From the NCBI GenBank assembly GCA_963665665.1, contig OY762428.1, positions 2,944,001-3,008,000 of the forward strand: a stretch of 64,000 nucleotides of DNA, in the 5' to 3' direction. Positions within the stretch are counted from its first letter, which is position 1, and each line of letters opens with the position of its first letter. The notes under the pieces are model-generated. The model was not told the DNA's origin, did no database searches, and saw only the letters and a list, made by a program, of their open reading frames with translations. Below, piece by piece: positions 37,207-48,402 of the stretch. This stretch comes from Candidatus Kapaibacterium sp. (GTDB lineage: Bacteria; Bacteroidota; Ignavibacteria; Kapaibacteriales; UBA2268). Made by a program: the position numbers and the translations under genes.

Positions 37207-38610
37207 ATGCTAAAAAATACGGCTTCTTTTAATTGTGCAGAACTTTCAGCAATTTTGGGCCCTGACAATATCATTAACTGCCCTCCGGACTTGAAGTGCA
37301 GTTCGCTTACTATTGATTCCCGAATGGTTCAGCCGGGAGCTTTGTTCGTAGCCCTTAAAGGCAGCCGGCTTGACGGGCATGAAAAAGCGATCGAGGCCTT
37401 TGAAAAAGGAGCTGCTGCCGTATTGTTAGAAAAAGAATATTATGAAAGCCATATTGATGATTTCAGTGGAAAAGCCGTTATGATAAGCGATTCCAATTTG
37501 TTGGCATTGGGTAAACTCGGGCATTACCACCGTATGAGGTTTAATATTCCAATAATAACTATAGGTGGAGCTAACGGAAAAACAACTACAAAAGATATGA
37601 CAGCCCACCTGCTGTCCCGGAAATATAATACCCACAAAACTTATGCTAATTTTAATAATCAACTGGGAACTCCGCTTGTTTTGTTGCAGTTGAATGATAA
37701 ACACGAGGCAGCGGTAATTGAAATAGCTACCAACGAGCCGGGAGAAATTGCAGTATTATCCGAAATGGCCGCACCTACACAGGGCCTGATTACCAATATT
37801 GGCGAAGAGCACCTGGAATTATTGATAGACCTGACCGGTGTGGAACTTGAAGAAACTTTTATGTTTGGCTACCTGCACAAGCAGGACGGTTATTGCTTTA
37901 TAAATATCGACGATGAAAGGCTTGCAAGATATTCAAAAATAATCGAGAATAATATTACCTACGGCACATCCGAGGGTGCAGATGTCAGGTTTGAATTTTC
38001 TCTTGACAGCGATCTTCACCCGGAAATAAAATTCTTCGCAGGTAATGAAGAATTCAGTGCTAAAATGAAAACAATTGGCTATACAACAGCCCTGAATGCT
38101 GCAGCTGCAACTGCTATTGCACTTGGTGTGGGAATGAACAGGGAAGAAATCACTGAAGGCCTGGAAACTTTTGAACCGGACAGAAGCCATGATTATGGAA
38201 GAATGCTTCTTGAAAAAATTCCCGGCATTACACTTATAAATGACTGCTACAATGCTAATCCTTCATCCATGAAACCTGCCCTGAAAACTTTACAGGCTTT
38301 GGAAACCAGGGGAAATAAAATTGCCGTACTGGGAGATATGCGTGAACTTGGAGACAGTTCCCGGGAAGGCCATGAGGAAATTCTGAAGATGGCATCAGAA
38401 GTTTGTGATGAAGTAATTACATTCGGACCCGAAATGAAAGCCGCAAATAGCAAGATTAATTTTGATAATGTTATTTCAACCGTGACTAAGGAAGATACCT
38501 TCAAGGCGGTTAAGGATATTGTCAAGGAAAACGATGCTATACTGGTAAAAGGTTCACGAGGGCTTAAAATGGAAGAAGTTGTTATAAAGTTAAAAGAAAT
38601 TTTTAGTTAA
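37207..38610 (+). CDS. murF: UDP-N-acetylmuramoyl-tripeptide--D-alanyl-D-alanine ligase
   Basis: IDSR, LFVALKG...DGH, GANGKTTTK, NFNNQLG, INDCYNANPSSM, LGDMRELG, LVKGSRG. Confidence 0.95.
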   Translation: MLKNTASFNCAELSAILGPDNIINCPPDLKCSSLTIDSRMVQPGALFVALKGSRLDGHEKAIEAFEKGAAAVLLEKEYYESHIDDFSGKAVMISDSNLLALGKLGHYHRMRFNIPIITIGGANGKTTTKDMTAHLLSRKYNTHKTYANFNNQLGTPLVLLQLNDKHEAAVIEIATNEPGEIAVLSEMAAPTQGLITNIGEEHLELLIDLTGVELEETFMFGYLHKQDGYCFINIDDERLARYSKIIENNITYGTSEGADVRFEFSLDSDLHPEIKFFAGNEEFSAKMKTIGYTTALNAAAATAIALGVGMNREEITEGLETFEPDRSHDYGRMLLEKIPGITLINDCYNANPSSMKPALKTLQALETRGNKIAVLGDMRELGDSSREGHEEILKMASEVCDEVITFGPEMKAANSKINFDNVISTVTKEDTFKAVKDIVKENDAILVKGSRGLKMEEVVIKLKEIFS

Positions 38611-39843
38611 ATGTCGTTACCGGTAAAAATAGCGCTTCGTTACGTGTTCTCGCGTAAATATTTTCATTTCATTACCGTGATCACATATATTTCGGTTATC
38701 GGGATAATGGCAGGTGTGGCTGCTTTAATAACCGTTATGTCGATTTTTAATGGTTTCAGGGAACTTACCGAAGAACAGATTGTGGGCTTCGATCCGCATA
38801 TTAGAATAAAAGCTGAAAACAGCAGGAAATTAAGAACCGATACAACGTTGATAAACAGAATAAATTCACTGCCCACGGTGAAAACATCAGCGGTATTTAT
38901 TAGCGGCAGGACAATTGCCGTTAGCGGAGAGGTGATTCAGGTAATTAATATTGCTGCTACTAATCGGCATAATACAGATTATCTTGAAGGTATTTCCCAG
39001 AGTATAATGTTCGGTAAGTTCGACCTTGGCAGCAGCCGGGATATTAATGGGGCTGTTATAGGAGCCGGACTTGCTGACAGAATGAAACTAATGCCGGGTG
39101 ATACGGTAATTTTTATGTCGCCGGAGCTGATTGAAAAATCCATTCGTACTTTCAGGAAATCAAAGGGCGTTAAGTGTATTGTTAATGGATTGTTTCAAAC
39201 AAATATCCGTGATTACGACCAGTCCTGGTGTTTTGTATCTGAAACTGCGGGGATGGAATTATTCCGTCAGAGCAGGGCTGCAAATTCATCTCTGGATATC
39301 AGGCTGGATAAATTAGAATCCGTACCTTTGGCAATTGAGCAAATGAAATCGTTCATTCCCGCAGAATTCAAAATCGAAACATGGCAGGACCTTAATCAGG
39401 AACTTTTCCGGGTAATGCGTTTCGAAAGGATGTCAACATTTATTATACTGTCGCTGATAATTATACTTGCAGTATTCAATGTACTGGTTTCTTTAACACT
39501 AACTGTAGTTGAAAAGCAAAGGGATATAGCAATATTAAAGTCCTTTGGGGCAACGGAAAAAATGATACGGAAAATTTTTATTATCGAAGGAGGAATAATT
39601 GCTTCGATAGGTACGTTTATTGGCGCGCTACTGGGGCTGGGGCTTTGTTTCGGGCAGATAGAATTCCAATGGTTCCGTTTGGACCCTATGAAATATATAG
39701 TGAATGCTATCCCGCTTTCAATCGATTGGTTCGACGTGCTGCTTGTTTGCGCGGTATCTCTTTTACTGGGTTTTATGGCAACAATATATCCGTCTTTCAG
39801 GGCATCATCCACAAAGATTATTCAGGCAATCAGGGAAGAATAA
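38611..39843 (+). CDS. Lipoprotein-releasing ABC permease, LolC/LolE family
   Basis: IALRY...GVAALITVMSIFNGF, FNVLVSL...EKQRDIAILKSFGA, ATIYPS. Confidence 0.88.
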   Translation: MSLPVKIALRYVFSRKYFHFITVITYISVIGIMAGVAALITVMSIFNGFRELTEEQIVGFDPHIRIKAENSRKLRTDTTLINRINSLPTVKTSAVFISGRTIAVSGEVIQVINIAATNRHNTDYLEGISQSIMFGKFDLGSSRDINGAVIGAGLADRMKLMPGDTVIFMSPELIEKSIRTFRKSKGVKCIVNGLFQTNIRDYDQSWCFVSETAGMELFRQSRAANSSLDIRLDKLESVPLAIEQMKSFIPAEFKIETWQDLNQELFRVMRFERMSTFIILSLIIILAVFNVLVSLTLTVVEKQRDIAILKSFGATEKMIRKIFIIEGGIIASIGTFIGALLGLGLCFGQIEFQWFRLDPMKYIVNAIPLSIDWFDVLLVCAVSLLLGFMATIYPSFRASSTKIIQAIREE

Positions 39844-39892
39844 AAATATTTTTGATCCAATCCTGCATGATGATCGACTTTTGTGAGCAGTT

Positions 39893-40318
39893 CTATTTTG
39901 CTTTTAGGATATCCTTAACCATCCGGGCAAACTCATCTTCATCGTTTATGCTATAAAAAATTTCTTTACCAACCACAACCACGGGAAAATTATAGGAAAT
40001 TGGTTTTCCGGCTTTATAAAATACGAGCCTTCGCATGGTTAGTTTAATATTCATGTCAGAAATATCATAAACTGTAAACCTTATTCCTTCATCAGCAAGG
40101 GCTTCCTTTACATCGTTGCAGTGGCCGCAGTCGTCATTCGAAAAAACAAAAACATGTTTGTTTTCGCTATCCTTATAATTACCGTCAATTATTGACTCGA
40201 AATAATTTTCGTTGAAAGGTATTTTTTCGTCTTTCTCTGTTTTGCCTGAAGAGCATGAAAACAGAAAAACAAAAATTAATATAAATAATGTATGTGCAGG
40301 AAATTTGTTTTGTAGCAT
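39893..40318 (-). CDS. Glutaredoxin-like lipoprotein
   Basis: Lipobox LFSC; CGHC active site; FPVV cis-Pro motif. Confidence 0.7.
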   Translation of the reverse strand: MLQNKFPAHTLFILIFVFLFSCSSGKTEKDEKIPFNENYFESIIDGNYKDSENKHVFVFSNDDCGHCNDVKEALADEGIRFTVYDISDMNIKLTMRRLVFYKAGKPISYNFPVVVVGKEIFYSINDEDEFARMVKDILKAK

Positions 40319-40319
40319 G

Positions 40320-41303
40320 TTAAATTGTCGGAAGTTGATGATACAGATAGAAAATATAAGCAGTATAAATAATTAGAAGGAAAACTCCTTCAAGGCGGCT
40401 TACCCTGAGTCCGGTTAAAGCAATCGGCAAAATTATAACTGCAACAAACATCATTACTCCAAGATCCCAGATGCTGATATTCTGAGATGATATGGGGTGG
40501 ATAATAGATACAAAACCAAGTACGCAAAGAATGTTGAATATATTTGAACCGATAGCGTTTCCGATTGAAATATCACCCTCTTTTTTCAGCGATGCAACCA
40601 TTGAGGTAGCCAGTTCGGGAAGGCTGGTGCCAAATGCTACAATGGAAAGCCCTACAATAGCTTTTGGTGCCCCAAGGTAATCAGCAATATCAATGGCTCC
40701 GTCGAGGAACAAATTCGCACCGAAAACAAGTCCCGACATGCCGAGAATGATCATTAAAATATCAACAGAGGTTTTCCTTGGTTTTTTCGGTATATCCCCT
40801 GCATACATTTCCCTGATTGAATCGTCTTTTTCTTTGCGGGCAATGTATAAAGTCATTATTATATATATTATTATTCCAAGGGCCAGGATTATTCCGTCGA
40901 ACCTGCCTATTTCACCGTCGATCAACAGAACAAGAAGCAGAACAGAAGAAAATATCATTATGCCCATATCACGTTTTATCAGTTTCATATCTATCGTAAT
41001 TGGCCGGATAAAAGCCGCAATACCGATAATCAGTGCAATATTACATATATTCGAGCCAATTACATTTCCAAGGGCAATTTCAGAATTGCCACTCATTGCA
41101 GCGGATATACTTACAATTAGTTCCGGACTGCTCGTTCCGAAAGCAACAACAGTAAGGCCTGCTACCAGCGGCCTTATACCTGCCCTGACCGCAACCGACG
41201 CACTGCCGGAAACCAGCCCCTCGGCTCCGAAATAGAGCAGCAGGGTTCCAATCACAAGGAATAATACTGAAATTAGTAGATCTGATGCAGAAATTGCTTC
41301 CAT
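40320..41303 (-). CDS. Calcium/sodium antiporter (YrbG/CaCA family)
   Basis: Two GTSxPE...GN.IGSNI alpha-repeats; multiple TM helices. Confidence 0.93.
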   Translation of the reverse strand: MEAISASDLLISVLFLVIGTLLLYFGAEGLVSGSASVAVRAGIRPLVAGLTVVAFGTSSPELIVSISAAMSGNSEIALGNVIGSNICNIALIIGIAAFIRPITIDMKLIKRDMGIMIFSSVLLLVLLIDGEIGRFDGIILALGIIIYIIMTLYIARKEKDDSIREMYAGDIPKKPRKTSVDILMIILGMSGLVFGANLFLDGAIDIADYLGAPKAIVGLSIVAFGTSLPELATSMVASLKKEGDISIGNAIGSNIFNILCVLGFVSIIHPISSQNISIWDLGVMMFVAVIILPIALTGLRVSRLEGVFLLIIYTAYIFYLYHQLPTI

Positions 41304-41808
41304 TTATTGTCCATTACGTCGATTCATCAAACTTAAGCTACAAAATTACAAATAAGTCACATAATATCAATTAAATAATATACGTCTCGATATATTTTTA
41401 TTCCAATCCTGATAATCCAGCAGGTATGGAAAACGTATAATCTGCAAAAACAGAATAGTTGAATGGATTGCACAGAATTATAAACCCAACGGATTTAAAG
41501 ATATTTTACGGACTTTTAATAAAAAAAAAGTTGAAAAACATTTTTTTTTTACTTTCAGCCCTTTTTATAAATTTTGCAAGTCGTTATAATGTAAGTAAAT
41601 AGGAATTGCATATATTTTCACTGAATATTGATAGAATTAAAATTTCAAAAAAAATAAAAAAATTCTGTAACTTTTCTATTATATTTGTGTTGCTTTTATT
41701 GTAATTGATAATACTACATGTATAAACCATTAATGACTACAATGTTGCAAAATAAATACTACAAAATATTTCACCTACTACATGTTTCATATTTGTATGG
41801 AGTCACTT

Positions 41809-44800
41809 ATGACTAAATCTACTCTTAACCGCGGGCTGATATCAGCTATTTTCGCGATTGTTTTTCTGATTATCGGAGCCAGGGATACTATGTCTCAGCT
41901 GCCGGACTACTGTTCGGTATGGCCAATGGCCGGCTGTACTTACTCGTATGATTACGGCTCAATGTACGGCTATGCATATATAACCTGGGTTGAGATAAAA
42001 TCAGCAGACGGTGAAGTAGTGCTTGATCATTCATCAGGTAATGAATCACCATACCGCTACTGGGATGATATCACATGGGAAATGGTTCCTGGTGTTACAT
42101 ACACAGTAACAGTGAAAAGCACGGGACGTTACAGGAATGTAACCAGGCTGTTTATTGACTGGGACCGTGACGGACAGTTTATAAATATGCCGGATCAGAA
42201 AGAATTCTATGGCCGTTCATGGTATGAATACTACTATAGCTCTGCCCTTTGGGAACCAAGAGGGTCTTACTATGGCGGGCCGCGTGTCACATTTGAAGTA
42301 CAGGTTCCGGAATGGGCTTCAGAAAAATTCAGAATGAGGATTATGTCTTCATACTACCTGTATTATTACCAGCAGAGTCCTTACCAGTACAGATACCCCT
42401 GGGATGATGCCTGTATCAACGGTTCGGTAAGTAATTATACATTTGGTAAATACTGCTACAACTACGGCGAGACTCATGACTATGACTTCGACGTATTCGG
42501 CGGTGTTAAAGACACATATCCCGGTGATGACGATATTCTGTATGCCGGTGAAGATTATGACGGCACAACCCGCCTGAAAAACGGCGAAATGGTTGATTTC
42601 CCCAAGCCACAGATAATCTTTCCGTCCGAGCCTGATGCAGGCGCGCTTGTGCGCTTCTATATCTACGGCCCGGCTCCTTCATCAGATTTAGTATATGAAG
42701 GCCTGGCAGAATATCCGTCAACATCTGAGAACATTGATGTTGCAAATGCTGTTGGTAACACATATACAATAGTACATTCCAAAGGTTTGTATTCATATCC
42801 GAAATCACCTTATGGTGACGGTACATTTAATGCAAGCCGTGGTGGTACATATAAGGTATATGCTTATCAGCTTGAATCTCCTTCAGCAAAGATCAATACA
42901 TTTACAGTATCCTGGGACAATGACCTTTCAGTTTCAAGGATCGTTTCCCCGAGGACAAACGTTGAACCTGATTTCTTTAAATATGTTCAGGGTCAGTCGA
43001 TCAGAGTTATCGGCCTGTACAGGAACGTTGGTATCAACGATGTAACCGAGTTTGAAGGAACAGCTCGTATATGGGATCCCAACGGCGAATTGGTTTATGA
43101 AGATACAAAATCCTACGAGGCTCCCCCGAGGGAAGTCCTCAGTACAGCAGATGCTGTTGAGCTTGAGTTCAATAACGCAAGGTTCACGCAAACCGGCGTT
43201 TATACAATTGAAATGACCTGTGACCTTATTGATACGGAAGATGATGACTTCGAAGGCGACCAGGATGACTATAATGACGTAGTTCCGCGTTCAGACCTCA
43301 GCAGCTATACGTTCGAGATTTCCTACGAAATCCAGCTTCAGGCAGATGAAATTCTTCTCCCGACAGAAGATACTGAAGTACTTGTGAACCGTACTGTAAT
43401 TCCAATGGCACGCTTTGCAAACGCCGGTATCGGCGATGCATCCGACGTACCTGCAACAATGATCGTCAAAAACGAAGACGGCGAAACTGTATACGAAAGT
43501 AATATCATTGTACAGGATATTCCTTCCGGAAAATATAATACCAAGATTGAGAAATTTGAAGAAATGACAATTTCCGAACCTGGGGATTATACAGTTTGCG
43601 TATGGCTTACAGATGATAACGACCCTGTTCGCGAAGACGATACAGTATGCACAACATTCTCGGTGGAAGCCGGAATGCAGGGAACGTTTACTGTTGGTAC
43701 TCTTTACGAAGGTCAGGAACGTAACTATACAACAATTGATGACCTGATGAAAGCCCTTTATTTCAAAGGTATAACAGGCCCAATCACATTTGAATTCACA
43801 GATGCAAGTTATGAATTAACAGAAAACAACTATGAATTCGGTGCATGGGAATTCACATCAAGGATTATCGGCCTTGGCTACGACCTTGAAACTGAAGAAC
43901 CTTATACAATAACATTCAAGCCTCACAGGTCAAGAGCAAATGTTAAAGGTGGTGTAACATTTACACTTAATTCAGCAAGTGGCCGCGGCGTAACATTCGG
44001 GCAGTCACACTACCCACAGAACAAATGGGCCATTGCGCGTAAATTCCCGTCACCTGCTAACTCAAACTCACAGGGACATATTATCTTTGACGGCGGCCGT
44101 CAGAAAGCGCTTAAATTCGTCCTTAATACAACGAACGAACACGGATCGGCATTCTATCTTGGCCGCGGATCAAGCAATGTAACAGTTAAAAACTGTATCA
44201 TTGAAAATGGTACAGAAGGCATAAAAACACAGACAAGAATACCTCTTGTAACATTTGATCCTTCACGCGGTTTCGGATTTGAAGGCGACGTATTCGAATC
44301 AGGCGGGGTACGTTCAAGCTACTCTGCAGGTATCGTATCAAGGTCAAGCCTTCTTAAAGCAGAAGAAAGCGAATTTATCAAACTTGATACAGTTCCCAAC
44401 ACGAACAACGTAATTGAAGGCAACGAGATCAGCGGCTTTGGTTATGGTATCATGTCGCTTGGTATCGGCGCTCTCTACATGCAGAACGAGAACTACTACC
44501 AGCGCTTCTACAACGAAGACAACACATACAGCAATAATACAATAACAGACTGCTACCGTGCAGGTATCCTCCTCGGCTTTGAAGAAGACAGTAAAGTTGA
44601 AGGCAACAGGATATATGACATGGGCGGCGCATCCAATGCAGCAGGTATCCTTCTTGGCGGAAACAGCCGTGATGACATTGACGGATATAACAACGTTGAC
44701 ATCATGGTAAACGGCAACGAGATCAGCGGCATTGAAGCCCGCGACTTTGCCTTCGGTATCAGCAACGAGCAGGTAAGGATAACATTCCAGAACCCGGGCG

Positions 44801-47466
44801 GCGGAGTTGTTTACTTCCCGAACAAGATGGAAGACATCGTTATCAGCAATAACGTTGTTCGCGGCATCACAGGAAATGCAAATACAAATATCTGCGGAAT
44901 CGGCTCCTTCACAAGGCGTTATGATGATGCCAGGGAAAACTGGGAATTCATCTCCACACCGTTTGAAGAAGACTACTTCACAAGAGGCGATATCATTGCC
45001 AACAACACAGTGGTAATGACAGATGAAGAAGATATTGAAAATGCAGGCGCAGTTGCAGCTATCGGCATTCAGAATGCATACGGTGCAACATTCAAGAATA
45101 ACGCCATCCTCTTCGAAGACGAAAGCTTCGACGCAGGCAGCCCCATGGCAGCGGGCTTATTCTACCAGGGCCCGAAAACAGGCAGCGAAGGCGGCCTTAT
45201 GAGTGACAGGAATGCCTACTTCACAGGCAATGCCACACTCTTCCGCTTTATCGAAACAGATGCAGAAGGCAACCTTCTGGAACCAGGCACAAGGAATGAA
45301 TTCCAGACACTGGGCCAGTGGCAGCTCTGGACAGGCGCAGACCTGAACTCAATAAATGCTGACTTCACATCAGACATGGACTACCAGGGTAATTATCCTT
45401 ATAAACTAAGAATAGACGACGTACCCGAACTTCCACTTGGTTCAGTCCTTAACAACAGGGGTGAAAACCTTGACGAAGTAACAGAAGATATAGACGGCAA
45501 CCCGAGAGGCGCCGCCGGCCAGCGCTGCGATATTGGCGCATTTGAATTTGCAGGCCGTATGTTCGTATCCGACGTTGAAATGCAGAACATCCCCGTTCCT
45601 GGTAACTACAAAGCAGGCGACGGCAGCTTCAACGATGCAGAATATATAATGACAGACGCACCTGTTGAAATAACAGCCAACATCAGAAATAATGGTTCAC
45701 TCCAGCAGTCAGACATTAACGTTTACGTTAAAGTCTTCAGGCAGGAGCCTGACGGCACTTATGACGAAGATGCTCCTGTAGTTGACAAAACAGTAAAAAC
45801 ATCTATCCCGACAACAGAAAGCCGCATGGTATCATTCGGCCTTGCAGACGGTGATAATGACGACTTTGCTCCGGCTACATACCTTGACCTTGATACATTG
45901 AACTATACAGTGCCTTATCTCTTCACAGAGATGAAAGCCAACGTAACACCTGTATACAAGATCGAAGTAAGCGTCGAAAGCGATCAGGAAAATGATAATA
46001 ACATAATCGAAAAAGAAGTAAGGTTCTACATAAGGAAATCTCCTCTGAAACTTCTCGTTTCATCAGAGAACTCCATGCGCGACCTTTATGCAGCAAACAT
46101 GTACACACCGGGACTTCCCACAGCCAACGAAATAGCAGGACGTTTGAACCGCGACAGCCTTGACCAGGCACTGCGCCGCCTTGGCTGGTACACAGACCTT
46201 GAAGAAGAACGCTTTGACGTAGACCTCTTTGACAGGACAGCATGGGAAGAAAGAGCCGTAAACTATACAATCTACCGCTCAATCTTCTGGACTGACGGCG
46301 ATGACAGCAACGGCGATGACAAAGGTATCACACGCTACCAGCGCCAGGATATCCGCGACTTCCTGAACGAAGGCGTGCCGGGCGACAAACGCAACCTCGT
46401 GGTAAGTTCACAGGAACTTGTACGCGAACTGAGCTCAGCCGGAACAGTAAACAACAGCGATCCTGAATTCGTAGAAGAGATACTCAGGGCCGAGAATGTA
46501 TATCCTTACAATCCTCTTGGCATGAATGTCAGCAATAACGGCAACAGCGTAACAGGCGAAGCTGTAGGCCAGGGCCTGACAGAGTATATCTCTGCATCAA
46601 GCTATATCGACCAGGATTACCGTGAAATGGACGGCAATGTGGTAACACTGAACGACGTACAGCCTTATTGCGGACTTATGGACGTAAGCCCCAACGGCGA
46701 CGGACTTGCCAGGATAGCTTACAACTATGAAAACCACGATGCAGCACCGAACAACAGCGGAATGGGCGTAGCCACAACAACACTTGAACGCAACGTAGTA
46801 GTACTTGGTGTTGACTGGCGTCACTGGGCAAACCTCGACCGTGTACTCCGCTCTGTATTTGACTTTGTAGAAAACAACGGCGGCGAGATCGTTCCTGTAG
46901 AGCTTGCAGCATTCGATGCAACAGCAGCAGGCAAACGCGTGGATATTACATGGGCAACAGCGAGTGAATATAACTCCTCACTCTTTGAAGTTGAAAAAGC
47001 AGGCTACAGCGAGGCAGGCACAGGCTTGTTCACAGGCATCGGCGAGATGGCAGCAGCCGGCAACAGCAGCAAACATCTCGAATACGGCCCCGTAACAGAC
47101 TATGATGTAGAATATGGTAACAGCTATGTTTACAGGCTGAAGATGACAGACCTTGACGGAAAAGTTAACTACAGTGATGAAGAAGTAGTAACAATCGGCG
47201 AAAACGGTGCTATTAGCTTAGGCCAGGCATTCCCGAACCCGAGTAAGGAATCTGCTAAGTTCAGCCTGAGCACAGGCAGCGACGTAAACATCAGCATAGA
47301 CCTTTATGATATGAGCGGCAAGCTTGTACGCAACGTTATGAGCGAAAACACAAGCGGCACAAGGACAATTGAAGTGGATACCCGCAACCTTACAAGCGGC
47401 AGTTACACACTCGTTCTTCGCAGCGGCTCAACAATCATCAACAGGACTGTTCGCGTTGTTAAGTAA
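41809..47466 (+). CDS. Large T9SS-secreted surface protein (GEVED-like, Ig-like, right-handed beta-helix, CTD)
   Basis: Signal peptide; FIDWDRDGQF...RMRI...GETHDY GEVED-like domain; parallel beta-helix repeats; DIDGNPR...DIGAFE; PVELAAF; FPNP..LTSGSY CTD; GGAG SD before 41809. Confidence 0.85.
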   Translation: MTKSTLNRGLISAIFAIVFLIIGARDTMSQLPDYCSVWPMAGCTYSYDYGSMYGYAYITWVEIKSADGEVVLDHSSGNESPYRYWDDITWEMVPGVTYTVTVKSTGRYRNVTRLFIDWDRDGQFINMPDQKEFYGRSWYEYYYSSALWEPRGSYYGGPRVTFEVQVPEWASEKFRMRIMSSYYLYYYQQSPYQYRYPWDDACINGSVSNYTFGKYCYNYGETHDYDFDVFGGVKDTYPGDDDILYAGEDYDGTTRLKNGEMVDFPKPQIIFPSEPDAGALVRFYIYGPAPSSDLVYEGLAEYPSTSENIDVANAVGNTYTIVHSKGLYSYPKSPYGDGTFNASRGGTYKVYAYQLESPSAKINTFTVSWDNDLSVSRIVSPRTNVEPDFFKYVQGQSIRVIGLYRNVGINDVTEFEGTARIWDPNGELVYEDTKSYEAPPREVLSTADAVELEFNNARFTQTGVYTIEMTCDLIDTEDDDFEGDQDDYNDVVPRSDLSSYTFEISYEIQLQADEILLPTEDTEVLVNRTVIPMARFANAGIGDASDVPATMIVKNEDGETVYESNIIVQDIPSGKYNTKIEKFEEMTISEPGDYTVCVWLTDDNDPVREDDTVCTTFSVEAGMQGTFTVGTLYEGQERNYTTIDDLMKALYFKGITGPITFEFTDASYELTENNYEFGAWEFTSRIIGLGYDLETEEPYTITFKPHRSRANVKGGVTFTLNSASGRGVTFGQSHYPQNKWAIARKFPSPANSNSQGHIIFDGGRQKALKFVLNTTNEHGSAFYLGRGSSNVTVKNCIIENGTEGIKTQTRIPLVTFDPSRGFGFEGDVFESGGVRSSYSAGIVSRSSLLKAEESEFIKLDTVPNTNNVIEGNEISGFGYGIMSLGIGALYMQNENYYQRFYNEDNTYSNNTITDCYRAGILLGFEEDSKVEGNRIYDMGGASNAAGILLGGNSRDDIDGYNNVDIMVNGNEISGIEARDFAFGISNEQVRITFQNPGGGVVYFPNKMEDIVISNNVVRGITGNANTNICGIGSFTRRYDDARENWEFISTPFEEDYFTRGDIIANNTVVMTDEEDIENAGAVAAIGIQNAYGATFKNNAILFEDESFDAGSPMAAGLFYQGPKTGSEGGLMSDRNAYFTGNATLFRFIETDAEGNLLEPGTRNEFQTLGQWQLWTGADLNSINADFTSDMDYQGNYPYKLRIDDVPELPLGSVLNNRGENLDEVTEDIDGNPRGAAGQRCDIGAFEFAGRMFVSDVEMQNIPVPGNYKAGDGSFNDAEYIMTDAPVEITANIRNNGSLQQSDINVYVKVFRQEPDGTYDEDAPVVDKTVKTSIPTTESRMVSFGLADGDNDDFAPATYLDLDTLNYTVPYLFTEMKANVTPVYKIEVSVESDQENDNNIIEKEVRFYIRKSPLKLLVSSENSMRDLYAANMYTPGLPTANEIAGRLNRDSLDQALRRLGWYTDLEEERFDVDLFDRTAWEERAVNYTIYRSIFWTDGDDSNGDDKGITRYQRQDIRDFLNEGVPGDKRNLVVSSQELVRELSSAGTVNNSDPEFVEEILRAENVYPYNPLGMNVSNNGNSVTGEAVGQGLTEYISASSYIDQDYREMDGNVVTLNDVQPYCGLMDVSPNGDGLARIAYNYENHDAAPNNSGMGVATTTLERNVVVLGVDWRHWANLDRVLRSVFDFVENNGGEIVPVELAAFDATAAGKRVDITWATASEYNSSLFEVEKAGYSEAGTGLFTGIGEMAAAGNSSKHLEYGPVTDYDVEYGNSYVYRLKMTDLDGKVNYSDEEVVTIGENGAISLGQAFPNPSKESAKFSLSTGSDVNISIDLYDMSGKLVRNVMSENTSGTRTIEVDTRNLTSGSYTLVLRSGSTIINRTVRVVK

Positions 47467-47507
47467 TCAACCTTAACAGCTGAATATAATTCTTATAATA
47501 AGAAAAG

Positions 47508-47534
47508 AACCCCGGGCAAAGCCCGGGGTTTTTT
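47508..47534 (+). terminator. Rho-independent terminator
   Basis: AACCCCGGGC-AAA-GCCCGGGGTT followed by TTTT. Confidence 0.9.
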
Positions 47535-47545
47535 GTTATTACAAT

Positions 47546-47611
47546 ATATGTTGAGACAGAATGGATTTCATTTGATACCCTAAAAGTAAAATATTCAGAA
47601 AATCTGAAACC
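47546..47611 (+). repeat. 66-bp fragment duplicating 50098-50163
   Basis: 61/66 identical by manual alignment. Confidence 0.85.
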
Positions 47612-47734
47612 GATTAAATTATTCAATAAAAAAAAGTATGTTGCGTATTCAAAATAAAAAGGTCTGTGTTTTTGCAGTTGTTTTATCAGACTGTTCTTCT
47701 AATAAATATTCGATAATTTTTATAGATAATAATT

Positions 47735-47971
47735 ATGAATTCAAACACATATAAATTAGCGTTGAACTTTGAGCAAATCCTTGAGTTGGTCAGGCAGTTG
47801 CCCAAAAATGACAAAGCCAGATTAAGCAAGGAATTGGCCAAAGATGCTATTGATTCCAGGTTGACCCGGTTATTGAATTCCTTCTCTACTGATGATATTT
47901 CAGAGGAGATGATAATTCAGGAAGTTGAAAATGTAAGAGCTGAAATTTATGCCGAAAAAAAAGAGAACTAA
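47735..47971 (+). CDS. VapB-like antitoxin
   Basis: LNFEQILELVRQLP...EEMIIQEVENVR; overlaps the PIN gene. Confidence 0.7.
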   Translation: MNSNTYKLALNFEQILELVRQLPKNDKARLSKELAKDAIDSRLTRLLNSFSTDDISEEMIIQEVENVRAEIYAEKKEN

Positions 47972-48383
47972 GATAATAATCGACACGAATCTTTTTATTA
48001 GCTTTCTTATTGGTAAAAGGCTTTCCGGATTAAAACAAACTTTAGTCCAAGCTTCAGTTCAATTGATATTTTCACACGAAAATATTGAAGAATTAAAAAT
48101 TGTTACTTCCCGTCCTAAATTTCAAAAATATTTTAATTCAAAAGATGTTCTCGATTTGATTGACCTGATTTATTCTATTGGTAGAATTATTGAAATTGAA
48201 AAAGAACCAGAAATTTGCAGAGATCCGAAAGATAATTTTCTATTGGCACTTTCGGATAAGGGAAAAGCTGATTATTTAGTAACCGGCGATACTGATTTAC
48301 TGATAATTGGAAAATATAAGAAAACCAAAATTATTACAATCAATCAACTCGAAGCTATAATCCAAGAGATTACAAGTAATTGA
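47949..48383 (+). CDS. PIN-domain toxin (VapC/PIN_3 type)
   Basis: IIDTNLFIS, RPKF, CRDPKDNFLL, YLVTGDTDLL. Confidence 0.88.
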   Translation: MPKKKRTKIIIDTNLFISFLIGKRLSGLKQTLVQASVQLIFSHENIEELKIVTSRPKFQKYFNSKDVLDLIDLIYSIGRIIEIEKEPEICRDPKDNFLLALSDKGKADYLVTGDTDLLIIGKYKKTKIITINQLEAIIQEITSN

Positions 48384-48402
48384 TAACAAATAAAAGCTGA
48401 TT

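Noticed and set aside
41521-41550. A9 and T10 tracts as a phase-variable promoter
   Set aside because: The region is very AT-rich, and I could not place properly spaced -35/-10 boxes around the tract
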